A stretch of DNA of 64,000 nucleotides from a bacterium (lineage in GTDB: Bacteria > JADJOY01): assembly GCA_046331705.1 (NCBI GenBank), contig JAXLQJ010000004.1:124001-188000 (forward strand), written 5' to 3'. The notes beneath the pieces are model-generated. The model saw only the letters and a list, made by a program, of their open reading frames with translations, was not told the DNA's origin and did no database searches. Within the stretch, counting starts at the first letter, position 1. Each line of letters begins with the position of its first letter. The position numbers and the translations under genes are program-made. Positions 48,901 to 57,472 of this stretch are shown one piece after another.

Positions 48901-49506
48901 GCTGGCGGTGTTGGAGCTTCCGACGGTGTCCTCGCAGGTCAGCTTCTGCGCCGCCGAGCCGTTCTGGTACATGCCGAGGTTGCACTTGGCGGCGGTGGAG
49001 AGACCGAGCAAGCAGTTGCCGCTCTGGAAATCGTTGCAGACCTTGTTCTCGGCGTAGTCGTAGATCGCCGCGTCGGTGAAGCCGATCCCCGCGGATCCCA
49101 GCAGATCCGAGAGGTGCTTCTTCATGATGTTGGTCGAGATGTTCTGGCTCGCCAGGTAGGTCTCGAGCATTCCCTTGTAGTCGGGATAGCCGCTGCCGGA
49201 GCGGGCTTCGTAGGTCTGGACGGTCGCGTAGCCGTTGTTGAAGGAATACGGCGTCGAGGTGTCCGCGAAGTCCTGCTTCATCGACCCCGAGGTATCGTGG
49301 GCGATGAGCACGTTGGGCTTGACCGACGAGCTCACGATCACGGGGATCTCGCAGCTCTGCGCATGCGCCGCGCGCGCCGCCAGTCCCTGACCGATCACCC
49401 CCGCGAGCAGCAGGCATACGATTCGCTGCGCACGACCGACAGGCCGGATGGATCGACCACGCGGCCGCAAGCTCGAGGCATGTCCCACGTCGATTCGATT
49501 GCTCAT
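45952..49506 (-). CDS. pilY1: PilY1/PilC-like type IV pilus adhesin (N-terminal VWA, C-terminal beta-propeller)
   Basis: PNVLIAHDTSGSM, ILATDG, LGDIVDSNP, VAANDGMLHAF..GSERWAFVP, VYFGTG, GWYVDL motifs. Confidence 0.88.
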   Translation of the reverse strand: MSNRIDVGHASSLRPRGRSIRPVGRAQRIVCLLLAGVIGQGLAARAAHAQSCEIPVIVSSSVKPNVLIAHDTSGSMKQDFADTSTPYSFNNGYATVQTYEARSGSGYPDYKGMLETYLASQNISTNIMKKHLSDLLGSAGIGFTDAAIYDYAENKVCNDFQSGNCLLGLSTAAKCNLGMYQNGSAAQKLTCEDTVGSSNTASIPKYNHSGNSGVSGEPNPNHCYDHGKGIAEPDMTASEGRYVERGNPCNIIPHVSGTSGAGNTSSTRYLYQGRYLNYQHLAKNRDDVMRQALRDAVAATQTQLNWGLMSFVTAISSSSPGNGSLGGRLVSAINGGDSVTSATGVMNALMNYSGTIGWNSSLTTSSPSFTVGSGDIINDPYQTFLADTLRDAWKYYKGTFSNPGGGSTFSSPITYACQPNFVILATDGRPNTDMREASDNTSNGTDKITSYCSQDWSDTRMWGSDTDDAAVNDFAACVNRELDASTAFSGRQALSIYTIGFMNDVSSVQDLLEKTASAGGGDSYFATNESEFIQAISSAAQSIIEKAASATSAAVVSTTGVGTDTLVTASFQSGTWQGQLYGYALPYVSGANPIWRAGNLLAARDPSTRRIYTAIDGGDADTRIDDRIDFTVANEATLRSYLGAADSTEGSNLINWARGTDVSGYRTRTVVTSNQVWKLGDIVDSNPVVVGTPPFFYPQSSYQTFYTTYQSRPTVIYVAANDGMLHAFDSVTGSERWAFVPNWNLPIFKSTLSSPGYCHYFSFDGTPRVVDAYFGVDGAAASWHTVLIAGGGKHGGYVALDVTDPGPEANPNPPVVLWQWPNPTSFAVPGTLSEARLGAAQARPAIHFLNASGATFPTTTSSWAATIASGANNSDGQAYLFNVALDTGLANATVINVDPANETGNGLSDPAIIDIGGDQATDRVYVGDRLGRMWRWDVGQATNPTQLVYSAGSTRPIMARPILSFYSQTTNDPNVLVYFGTGKLETISDITDLSVQRIYGIKDTGARNGTPSTALVVDGSLTNATDSTTGTSSTSFSGSGWYVDLKLNTTTGEPGSGNTAAGARAIYSGVLVNGMLFITAFTPTNNVCDFGGTPTLLVFNSGTGSAPGSPVLDITGDGAVDSSDTRSGQPARAINLGAGVPSQPVMDTERKTLIVQTSDTLLHPVVIDTGGSPVSADRWKILNR

Positions 49507-49581
49507 GATGTGCAGTCCTTGGCGCCAGACCACCCGGCATCTCCGAACCGAGTGACCCTCCTGGCTTTGCGCGGGGGGAAG

Positions 49582-49597
49582 AGCAAGGAGCGCGCCA
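49582..49597 (-). promoter_or_regulatory. sigma54 (-24/-12) promoter for pilY1-pilX
   Basis: TGGCGCG-CTCC-TTGCT about 75 bp upstream of pilY1. Confidence 0.65.
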
Positions 49598-49934
49598 GCT
49601 CGCGGGCGGAGGGCGGCAGCCGCTACGGATCCCGGTGCGGCGCGGCGCCGCGCGACGAATGTCGCGATATGTCGAGGATTTTCGGGCGCCTGATGGGGAT
49701 CGGCGGGGCTACGCGACGATCGTGTACCTCCGCCGAGCGCCCGGGCGGCGTCGGCAGGGCCCGAATGAACCGTCGGATTTGACGGTGCTATGAAAAAAAG
49801 TCAGAGCGCGGAGGGAACCGGCACGATCGCATCGCCGTGGACGCGACCTGGTCCAGCCCAGACGCAAGCGAGCGCACGTCCCTCGGGGCGTGCGCTCGCG
49901 ACAGCCGCGTGAAGCGGCCAAGGGCCGCCCGCGC

Positions 49935-50192
49935 TCAGTTGACGATCTTGCCGCTCTTCGCGTTGCACTCGGTGACGCTCGACCACACCCATCCCTTGCT
50001 GGCGCAATCGTTCTTGCCGGCGCAAGCGTGATCGGCGCTCTTGCACGCGCCGTGTCCCTTGCACGAGTTGATGCCCTCGCACTTGACCTTGCGAGCGCTC
50101 GCCGGCGGCTCGTCGCCCGCCTTCGCCGTCCCTGCGAGGAAAAGCCCTGCCACCGCCGTGGCGATGAGCGCGCCAGTGATCTTCGAGTTCAT
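49935..50192 (-). CDS. Secreted Cys-rich small protein, bufferin BufA2-like precursor
   Basis: Signal peptide plus KCEGINSCKGHGACKSADHACAGKNDCASKGW..EC..K.G (6 Cys); GGAGGT RBS. Confidence 0.75.
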   Translation of the reverse strand: MNSKITGALIATAVAGLFLAGTAKAGDEPPASARKVKCEGINSCKGHGACKSADHACAGKNDCASKGWVWSSVTECNAKSGKIVN

Positions 50193-50398
50193 GGGTGACC
50201 TCCCGCATTCGCCGACGAACCGCTGGTCCGGGTCCACCATGGACACGGCCGACTCGGATCTACGCCGGAACGATGCCGCAACGACGTTCCCGCACCACGC
50301 GGGAACGACTCGTTTGTAACGGCACTCGCGAGCGGATGCACTACGCATCGCGTCGCGCCGACCAGCGTCCGCACCCGGCTGTCGCGCGCGCGCATCCG

Positions 50399-51775
50399 TC
50401 ACGGCGCTGCCGGCGCGGGCCCCGCGGAGGTGCGATCGGGCTCGAGCCGCCAGGTGTCTTCGCTCAGATCCGCGACGTAGAGCGCATCGGTGCGAGCGTG
50501 CGGATCGGCGACCAGCGTGACGCCCTGCCCCAGCACGAGCACCCCCGCGGCCAGGGCACCTTCGAAGCGCGACCCGTCCGCGAGCGTCACGCGGGAACGA
50601 GGCGCGAACACCCAGCTGCGCACCAGCGTCGCTCCCAGCACCAGATCCGCGTCCGAGCGCGCGACGATCGAAAGATCCCCCGGCGCGGGGACCTCGAGCG
50701 TGGCACCCGCAGCGATCTCGAACGGCCCCGCGCCGCTCAGCTCGAGGCGCACCGGCGCGCTGATCCGCAGTGTGCTGGTGGCGGCGAGGTGCAGCCGCTC
50801 GAGCGCATGCCGTCCGCCCGCCAGCTCGCAAGTCTCACCCGCGGGCACGGCGAGCGCCACGCCGTCGAGCCAGCGTGCGCAGCCCTGCGCACGTGCCGGG
50901 GGTGTGGCGGCGGCGGCCGCGGCACGCCCGGACTTCGCGGTGGCCGGTGCCACGGGCGCGGCCGCCGGGGGCTCGGCAGCGACGGCGAGCTCGCGCGCGG
51001 GCACCGTGTCGTCGCAGCGGCACGGCCGCGGCGTGGGCAGCACGTGCGCCGTCCCGCCCAGGGCGTTCTCGCCCCCCGCGTACGATCCACCGGACGGCAA
51101 TCCGGTTCCCAGCAGGTCGGCGCCGGCGATCACACCGCCGGCGATCTTAGCCGTTGCCAGCCGCACGCTGCCGTTGGCGGCGAGCAGCAGGCGCGCGGGC
51201 GCGGTGACATCGTCCGCGGGCGCGGAATCGAAGCGAGCCGAGAACGAGGGGCCGGCGCTCAGGTCACCGCACGCGCAGAAGGGGATCTCGAATGCCGAGC
51301 GCGTGAGCGCGTGGCCCTCGACAGTGACCTGGACCTCGGTTCCATCCTGGTCGCGGCAACGCGACGTCACCGTGAGCGGCTGGTCGATGAGACGCGTGCC
51401 CGCTGGAACTTCGTGGCCGCGCGCCGTGACTCGATACGTCGCCCCCTGGATGGCGCCGCTCGCGAGGGCCTGCTCGTCGCCGGGGAACGTGGCGCCGCTG
51501 CGAAAGAGCGCATCCATGCGGCGAACGAGCCGCCCCTTCCCTTCGAGCAACGCGGTATCCGCCAGCAGCGAGCAGCTCGCGAGTCGCGACGGTGGCGCTT
51601 CGCCGAGCTTGGGGGTGCCGCGCGCCGTCGCCCACGCCACCGCCGCGACCACCAGCGCCAGCACCGCGAGCAGCAGCAAGGTGAGCGCCAGACCGCGCTC
51701 GTCGCGCCACACGGCGCGGCGTTCGCGCGGGACCGTGCGGCGAACGGCACGCCGCGGAGCGAGGGTGGGTCGCAT
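50399..51775 (-). CDS. Protein with PilX-like N-terminus and beta-rich C-terminus
   Basis: DERG|LALTLLLLAVLALVV prepilin-like leader; C-terminal VFAPRSRVTL..FEGALAA repeats. Confidence 0.55.
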   Translation of the reverse strand: MRPTLAPRRAVRRTVPRERRAVWRDERGLALTLLLLAVLALVVAAVAWATARGTPKLGEAPPSRLASCSLLADTALLEGKGRLVRRMDALFRSGATFPGDEQALASGAIQGATYRVTARGHEVPAGTRLIDQPLTVTSRCRDQDGTEVQVTVEGHALTRSAFEIPFCACGDLSAGPSFSARFDSAPADDVTAPARLLLAANGSVRLATAKIAGGVIAGADLLGTGLPSGGSYAGGENALGGTAHVLPTPRPCRCDDTVPARELAVAAEPPAAAPVAPATAKSGRAAAAAATPPARAQGCARWLDGVALAVPAGETCELAGGRHALERLHLAATSTLRISAPVRLELSGAGPFEIAAGATLEVPAPGDLSIVARSDADLVLGATLVRSWVFAPRSRVTLADGSRFEGALAAGVLVLGQGVTLVADPHARTDALYVADLSEDTWRLEPDRTSAGPAPAAP

Positions 51776-51937
51776 GGTCGAAGGATGAGACGCGGGCGCG
51801 CAGGCCCGGCCCGCGCGCGCGGCACCGAGCATAGCCCGAAGCCGTCCGCTGCCAACGCGACGCAGGGGCTCGCGTTCGTGCTTGCCACCTCGAAACGGCG
51901 GGCCGCATACTCGCCAGCCTGCGTCCAAGGAAGCTGC

Positions 51938-52798
51938 GTGCGTTCGACTCCGGCCGTCGTCCATCTCTGCTTCGCCCTGATCCTCGGCGTCCAGGTCGGC
52001 TGCGACAAGCGACAGGACTCGGCGATCCTGGACATCCAGAACGACCCGCGCTTTCGCTACCAGAACGGCCTTTCCGCGCTGCGCGCCGGCAACGCCGAGC
52101 GCGCCGTGCGCGACCTCGAGGCGGCGCGCACGCTGGACCCCGACAACGTCGACGTGCTGCACGCCCTGGGGCTGGCGCTCAGCCAATCGGGCAACAACTC
52201 CCGCGCCGCCGACATCCTCGCCGAAGCCATCGAGCGAAACCCCAAGAGCCCGCAACTGCTGAACGCGCGCGGCGTGGTGTTGCTGCGCGCGCGCCGCTTC
52301 GACGAGGCGATCCACGACCTGCAAGCGTCCCTGGCACCCGAGCTCCACTACGAGACTCCCGAGGCGGCGCTGCTCAACCTCGCCGACGCGTTCACCGAGA
52401 CCCAGCGCTTCGACGACGCCATCCGAACCCTCGAGCGCGGGCTGCTGCTGCGACCCCGCAGCGGTGCGATCGAGACCGCGCTCTGCCGCACCTACGATCG
52501 GGGCCAGCGCCCCGACGACGCGCTGCGTGCGTGCCAGCAAGCGATTCAGGACGAGCCCACCTACGCCGCCGGCTACTTCGAGCTCGGCAAGCTCGAGCTG
52601 AGGCGCGGCCGCAACGCGGAAGCCCTCGACGCGTTCGAGAAGACCCTCAAGCTCGAGCCGCGCGGCGATCTCGCCGACCAAGCGCGGCGCTTCCGCACGC
52701 TGCTCGCACCCGAGTCCGCGGCGACCGGCTCCGCCGCTCCCGGCGGCGCGCCGCCGGCGAAGGAGCTGGTGCCACCCGAAGCGGGCGCGCCACGCTGA
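51938..52798 (+). CDS. TPR lipoprotein, PilF/Tgl pilotin-like
   Basis: Lipobox-like VQVG-C, multiple TPRs, YETPEAALLNL motif; directly upstream of rodZ-like gene. Confidence 0.7.
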   Translation: MRSTPAVVHLCFALILGVQVGCDKRQDSAILDIQNDPRFRYQNGLSALRAGNAERAVRDLEAARTLDPDNVDVLHALGLALSQSGNNSRAADILAEAIERNPKSPQLLNARGVVLLRARRFDEAIHDLQASLAPELHYETPEAALLNLADAFTETQRFDDAIRTLERGLLLRPRSGAIETALCRTYDRGQRPDDALRACQQAIQDEPTYAAGYFELGKLELRRGRNAEALDAFEKTLKLEPRGDLADQARRFRTLLAPESAATGSAAPGGAPPAKELVPPEAGAPR

Positions 52799-52832
52799 CG
52801 GAGCGCCTCCGGATGGCGGCCGGAGTCGGATC

Positions 52833-53795
52833 GTGAAGGCGTTCGGCGATTACCTTCGGCACGAACGCGAGCTGCGCGGCATCAGCCTCGACGAGCTCGC
52901 GCAGAGCACCAAGATCAGCCCGTCGATCCTCGCGAGCCTGGAGGGAGGCCACCTCGAGTCGCTGCCGCCGATCGCGTTCGTCAAGGGCTTCCTGCGCGCC
53001 TACGCCGAGTACGTCGGGCTCGATCCGGCCTCGGTCGTCCTTCGCTTCGAGGCGGCGTTCCTGGCGGACGAGGCCGAGGCACGCCGGGGCCGCGGCTTCG
53101 CGTGGCCGCGCGTCCGTCGCCTGGCGGGGATCACGGCGGCGCTCGCGGCGCTGACCGCCGTCGCCGTGACCGTGGCCACGCACGGTGACGAGCTGCGGGC
53201 GCTCGCGCACCGCCGCAAGGAGGCGCCCGCACCGGCACCGCCGCCCGTCACGCCCAGCGAGCCCGCATCGCCCAGCGACGAGATCGACAAGCTCAAGCAA
53301 GAGCTGGGTCTCAAGGAGATCGAGCGGCACATCGGCGCACCGCCGGTGGAGGTCCCCACCGATCCGCCCTCGGCGCTCACCCAGGTTCCGGACAGTCTGT
53401 CGCCCATCTTCCACGTGCCACCCGCCGGCCCCGGCGATGCTGGCGGGGCGGAACCGCGCTCCCGGGATCGACGCGCGGAGGCACCGGCCACGTCGCTCGC
53501 CAAACCCGGCACTGGAACGCCCGCGGCAACCGCCACGAGCGGCGTAAAGCTGGTCTTGCACGGCCTCGCGCGAACCTGGGTGCAGGTGGCGTCGGACGAC
53601 GGCGAGCCGGTGAGCCGCGAGCTGGAAGCCGGCGAGGACTGGGCGCTCGCGGGTCGGCGCTTCGTCTTGCTGCTGGGCGACGGCGGCGCCGTGAGCCTTG
53701 GCTGGGAAGGCCGCGACCTGGGTGCGGCGGGCGCGCCCGGGGTGCTCGTCCGCCTCGAGATCCCCAAGGACCTGCGCGCGTTGCCGCGCAACTAG
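52833..53795 (+). CDS. rodZ: RodZ-like helix-turn-helix membrane protein
   Basis: FGDYLRHERELRGISL..FVKGFLRAYAEYVGLD, TM, C-terminal WVQV..DG domain. Confidence 0.8.
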   Translation: MKAFGDYLRHERELRGISLDELAQSTKISPSILASLEGGHLESLPPIAFVKGFLRAYAEYVGLDPASVVLRFEAAFLADEAEARRGRGFAWPRVRRLAGITAALAALTAVAVTVATHGDELRALAHRRKEAPAPAPPPVTPSEPASPSDEIDKLKQELGLKEIERHIGAPPVEVPTDPPSALTQVPDSLSPIFHVPPAGPGDAGGAEPRSRDRRAEAPATSLAKPGTGTPAATATSGVKLVLHGLARTWVQVASDDGEPVSRELEAGEDWALAGRRFVLLLGDGGAVSLGWEGRDLGAAGAPGVLVRLEIPKDLRALPRN

Positions 53796-53805
53796 CCAGC
53801 CGCCG

Positions 53806-55584
53806 ATGACGTCCGCGAGCTGTCCGCGCTGTGCCCGAGAGCTGCCGCGGGCGAGCACGCGTTGCCCGAGCTGCGGCGCGCTCACCGACGCGGCCGCCGC
53901 GCCGGAGGCGCGCGTGCGCTGGTCGGACCCGCTCACGTACACGCTTCACGTCGACGATCTGAGGGGCGTGGACGACCGGCGGGCGCTGCTCGCGTACCTG
54001 CTCGACACGGGACGATTCCCGGATCGGCGGGTGCTCGCGGAGCGTCTCGACCGCGTTCCGTGCGTGCTCGTGGAAGGCCTGACGCTCGAGGAGTCGACGG
54101 AGCTCAAGTCGAACCTGTTGCGTCTCGGCGTCACGGTCCGTGCCGTGCGCTCGCCGTCGGCGGAGGTGGCCGAGCCCGGCACCGCGCGCAACCCCTCGTT
54201 GGCAGCGTGGACGCCACGACGGAACGAGCGCCGGGTCGCGGTCCACACCGTGCGCACCTGGGCGTGGGTCGCCGCCGGTCTCGTGATCGCGCTGATGCTC
54301 GGCGGCATCGGTCGACTCGCGTACGACCTCCACGGACGGTCACGCACGTACGGCGAGCGCCGCGCGGCCATCGAGGAAGACGCCCGCGCGCCGCTGGTGC
54401 AGGTCGCGCGCCTCGGCCACGAGCGCCCCTCGGGCGAGGCCGACCGGGCGCGTGCCCGGGCCGAGCTCGAACGCGGCCACGAGGACTTCAACGCCGGCCG
54501 CCTGGGGGACGCGCTGGCGCGCTACCAAGCGGCGCGAGACCTCGATTCGGCGAACGCGGACGCACGGCGCGCGGTGGCGGACGTGTGGGTGGTGCGCGGC
54601 CAGGCCGCGCTCGGCGCGGGGCGATTCGACGAGGCGCGCGCGGCGTTCGAGTCGGCGCTCGCGAGCGATGCCGACGCGCCCCGCGCGATTCGCGGCGCGG
54701 CGCGGGCCGCCATGCTCGCAGGCGACCTGGAAGGCGCACGGCGGTCCTGGGACCGGCTGCTGTCGCTCGGCGGCGCCGATCGCGAGGCGCAAGGCTTCGC
54801 CGCGGAGGTCTATCACTCGCTCGGCGAGCTCGATCGCGCCGCCGCCGCGTATCGCGCCGCCGCCGCCGCGACCGCCGACTCCTGGCTCACCGATCGGCTC
54901 GCGCTGGTCGAGCGCGAGCGCACGGCCATCGTCGAACCGGCCGAGGACCTGCGCGCCGTGTGGCTCGGTGACGTACCGCGAGGCGCTCGGCGCATGCTCG
55001 AGGACGCACTCGAGCGCGCGCTCGGCGAAGTCCGCGCACGTCTGGGGCGCGCTGCCGACCCCGAGTTGCGCGTGATCCTCGACCCCGCTCGCCCCTTCGC
55101 CGAGCGTGCCGGCGTGCGCTGCGGCTGGCAGCTCACGAGACTCGCCGGGCCGCGACTTCCCGTCGGCGGAATCGAGGAGATCCACGACTTCGAGCGCTGG
55201 CGGCCGGTCTTGCGTCACGAGCTCGCCCACGCCGTGATCCATGCGCGCGGCGGCGCGCGAGTTCCCGCGTGGTTCGAGGAAGGCGTCGCGGAACGGCTCG
55301 CCCTTGGCGATGCGCCGAGATCGACCGCCGCGAGCCCGGTGACCGGCACGCTCACGCTGATCCGCTGGCCGTTCGCAAGCCTGCCTGCGCAGGCCTGGGA
55401 CGAGGCGTTCGCGAGCGCGGATCGCGCCGCCGAGCGGCTCTTCGCGAACGGCGGCTGGACGGCGGTGGAGCGGACGATCGACGCCGTCGCGGGGGGCACG
55501 GACTTCGACGCCGCGTTCGGCGCGAGCTTCGCGCTCGATCCCACGACCCTCGCGAGCGCCGGCGATCGCGAGCGGCGGCCCTGA
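53806..55584 (+). CDS. Zn-ribbon + TM + TPR + peptidase MA-like protein
   Basis: CPRC..CPSC, TPRs, LRHELAH..PAWFEEGVAE. Confidence 0.7.
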   Translation: MTSASCPRCARELPRASTRCPSCGALTDAAAAPEARVRWSDPLTYTLHVDDLRGVDDRRALLAYLLDTGRFPDRRVLAERLDRVPCVLVEGLTLEESTELKSNLLRLGVTVRAVRSPSAEVAEPGTARNPSLAAWTPRRNERRVAVHTVRTWAWVAAGLVIALMLGGIGRLAYDLHGRSRTYGERRAAIEEDARAPLVQVARLGHERPSGEADRARARAELERGHEDFNAGRLGDALARYQAARDLDSANADARRAVADVWVVRGQAALGAGRFDEARAAFESALASDADAPRAIRGAARAAMLAGDLEGARRSWDRLLSLGGADREAQGFAAEVYHSLGELDRAAAAYRAAAAATADSWLTDRLALVERERTAIVEPAEDLRAVWLGDVPRGARRMLEDALERALGEVRARLGRAADPELRVILDPARPFAERAGVRCGWQLTRLAGPRLPVGGIEEIHDFERWRPVLRHELAHAVIHARGGARVPAWFEEGVAERLALGDAPRSTAASPVTGTLTLIRWPFASLPAQAWDEAFASADRAAERLFANGGWTAVERTIDAVAGGTDFDAAFGASFALDPTTLASAGDRERRP

Positions 55585-55611
55585 GCCGCGCCCGCGGCGG
55601 ACCCTGGATTC

Positions 55612-56331
55612 ATGGCGGAGACCGAAGCGATCGCGCTGCGCGCCACCGCCTACGGCGAGTCCGACTGGATCGTGACCCTGCTCGGCGCGCACGGCGGGAA
55701 GATCCGCGGCATCGCGCGCGGCGCGCGGAAATCGCGCAAGCGCTTCGGCGCCGGGTTCGACCCCGGCACACGCGGCACGCTGAGCTTCCGGGTGCAGCCG
55801 CGCTCCGAGCTGGCGACGATCGAGGGCTTCGGCAACGCGCGACCGCCGGCGCTCGGACCCGATCCGGTGGCGGGCTTCGCGGTGGTGAACGTCGCGGTCG
55901 AATGCTGCGATGCCGTGAGCGTCGAGGACGAGGACGCCGCGCGCCGCTTCACCCTGCTCTCGGAGCTGCTGGCGCGCGTGGCCGACGGCGCCAGCCCGGC
56001 GGTGACGCTCGCGTGGTTCCTCGCGGCGCTGCTCGCGGACGCCGGCTTCGCGCCGCGCTTCGACCGCTGCGTGCGCTGCGAGCGCCCGGTGGGCAATCGC
56101 GCGCGTTTCGACGCCGCGCGCGTGGCGCTGGTCTGCGCGAGCTGTACGGGCGAGGCACCGGTGGCCAGCGTCTCCGCCGAGATCGCGGCCCGCATCGCGG
56201 CGCTCACCCCGGCCAGCCGGGACGTCGAAGCCGCGCGCACCACCGTCGACCTTCTCGGCGCGGCCGTGGAGCACCTGGTGGGACGACCGCTCAAGTCGCT
56301 CGAGTTCCTGCGCTCGACGCCACTCGGGTGA
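55612..56331 (+). CDS. recO: DNA repair protein RecO
   Basis: YGESD.IVTL..GKI..ARGARKS.KRF, C..C/C..C zinc finger. Confidence 0.9.
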   Translation: MAETEAIALRATAYGESDWIVTLLGAHGGKIRGIARGARKSRKRFGAGFDPGTRGTLSFRVQPRSELATIEGFGNARPPALGPDPVAGFAVVNVAVECCDAVSVEDEDAARRFTLLSELLARVADGASPAVTLAWFLAALLADAGFAPRFDRCVRCERPVGNRARFDAARVALVCASCTGEAPVASVSAEIAARIAALTPASRDVEAARTTVDLLGAAVEHLVGRPLKSLEFLRSTPLG

Positions 56332-56402
56332 ATCCGGTTCTTCGCGCCACCAGCGCGAGCGCGCGCGACACGAAAATGGTGCGCGAACTGGCCTGGGCGC
56401 GG

Positions 56403-56431
56403 TTGACACGTCGCGGCACGGCCCCTAGACT
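56403..56431 (+). promoter_or_regulatory. sigma70 promoter of glyQS-ppdK
   Basis: TTGACA-N17-TAGACT. Confidence 0.7.
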
Positions 56432-56506
56432 CGCGCAAATTTTCCGCCTGATTCCGCGCTCATCCACCGGATCCGCTCGGCCCTCGGCCAGTCGCGTGCT
56501 CGCGGC

Positions 56507-57472
56507 GTGACGCGGGGCGCGCCTCGTGCATCGAGCGTTTCCCTGGATTTGGCATTGAATTCCTCGCGATCCCCGCTCAACTTCCAAGACCTGATCCTGA
56601 CGCTGCAGCGGTTCTGGGCAGATCGGGGTTGCGTCATCCAGCAGGGGTACGACCTCGAGGTCGGCGCGGGAACGTTCCATCCCGCCACCTTCCTTCGCGT
56701 CTTCGGCCCCGAGCCCTGGCGCACGGCGCTGGTCCAGCCGTCGCGCCGTCCCAAGGACGGTCGATTCGGAGAAAACCCGAATCGTCTCCAACATTATTAC
56801 CAGTTCCAGGTGATCCTGAAGCCAGCCCCGGACGACGTGCTGGAGACCTATCTCACGAGCCTCGCCGCGATCGGCATCGACCCGGCGGAGCACGACCTCC
56901 GCTTCGTGGAAGACGATTGGGAATCGCCCACGCTCGGCGCCTCCGGCCTCGGCTGGGAAGTGTGGTGCGACGGGATGGAGATCACCCAGTTCACGTATTT
57001 CCAGCAGGTGGGCGGCATCGAGCTGCGGCCGATCTCGGCCGAGATCACCTTCGGCCTCGAACGCATCGCCATGTTCCTCCAGAAGAAGGACTGGTTCCAC
57101 GAGATCGAATGGCAGCGCGGCATCCGCTACGGCGAGATCCACAAGCGCACCGAGGTGGAGTTCTCGCGCTACAACTTCGAGCTCGCCGACGTCGATCTCG
57201 CGCGCGCCTCGTTCGCCGGCTGCGAGCGCGAGGCGCGCAAGCTGCTCGACGCCGACGCGGTGCTGCCCGCCTACGACCACACGCTCAAGTGCTCGCACTA
57301 CTTCAACCTCCTCGACGCCCGCGGCGCGCTCTCGGTCTCGGAGCGCACCGCGATGATCGGGCGCGTGCGTGCGCTGGCGCGAGCCTGCGCCCACGCGTAC
57401 GTCGCGAAGTACTGCACCTCGCCCGCCGTCGGCGCCGCTGACGCGCCTCCCGCCACGGGCTCGCCACGATGA
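56507..57472 (+). CDS. glyQ: Glycine-tRNA ligase alpha subunit (true start probably ~56549-56575)
   Basis: [42 protein letters not shown]. Confidence 0.95.
   Translation: MTRGAPRASSVSLDLALNSSRSPLNFQDLILTLQRFWADRGCVIQQGYDLEVGAGTFHPATFLRVFGPEPWRTALVQPSRRPKDGRFGENPNRLQHYYQFQVILKPAPDDVLETYLTSLAAIGIDPAEHDLRFVEDDWESPTLGASGLGWEVWCDGMEITQFTYFQQVGGIELRPISAEITFGLERIAMFLQKKDWFHEIEWQRGIRYGEIHKRTEVEFSRYNFELADVDLARASFAGCEREARKLLDADAVLPAYDHTLKCSHYFNLLDARGALSVSERTAMIGRVRALARACAHAYVAKYCTSPAVGAADAPPATGSPR

Noticed and set aside
49530-49580. c-di-GMP-I riboswitch upstream of pilY1 (CGCAAAGCC on minus strand)
   Set aside because: The upstream GGCAAA..GAAA tetraloop stem is absent; the region is better explained as the leader of a sigma54 promoter
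56432-56560. T-box or glycine riboswitch ahead of glyQ
   Set aside because: The leader is short and no T-box or glycine aptamer consensus was recognised
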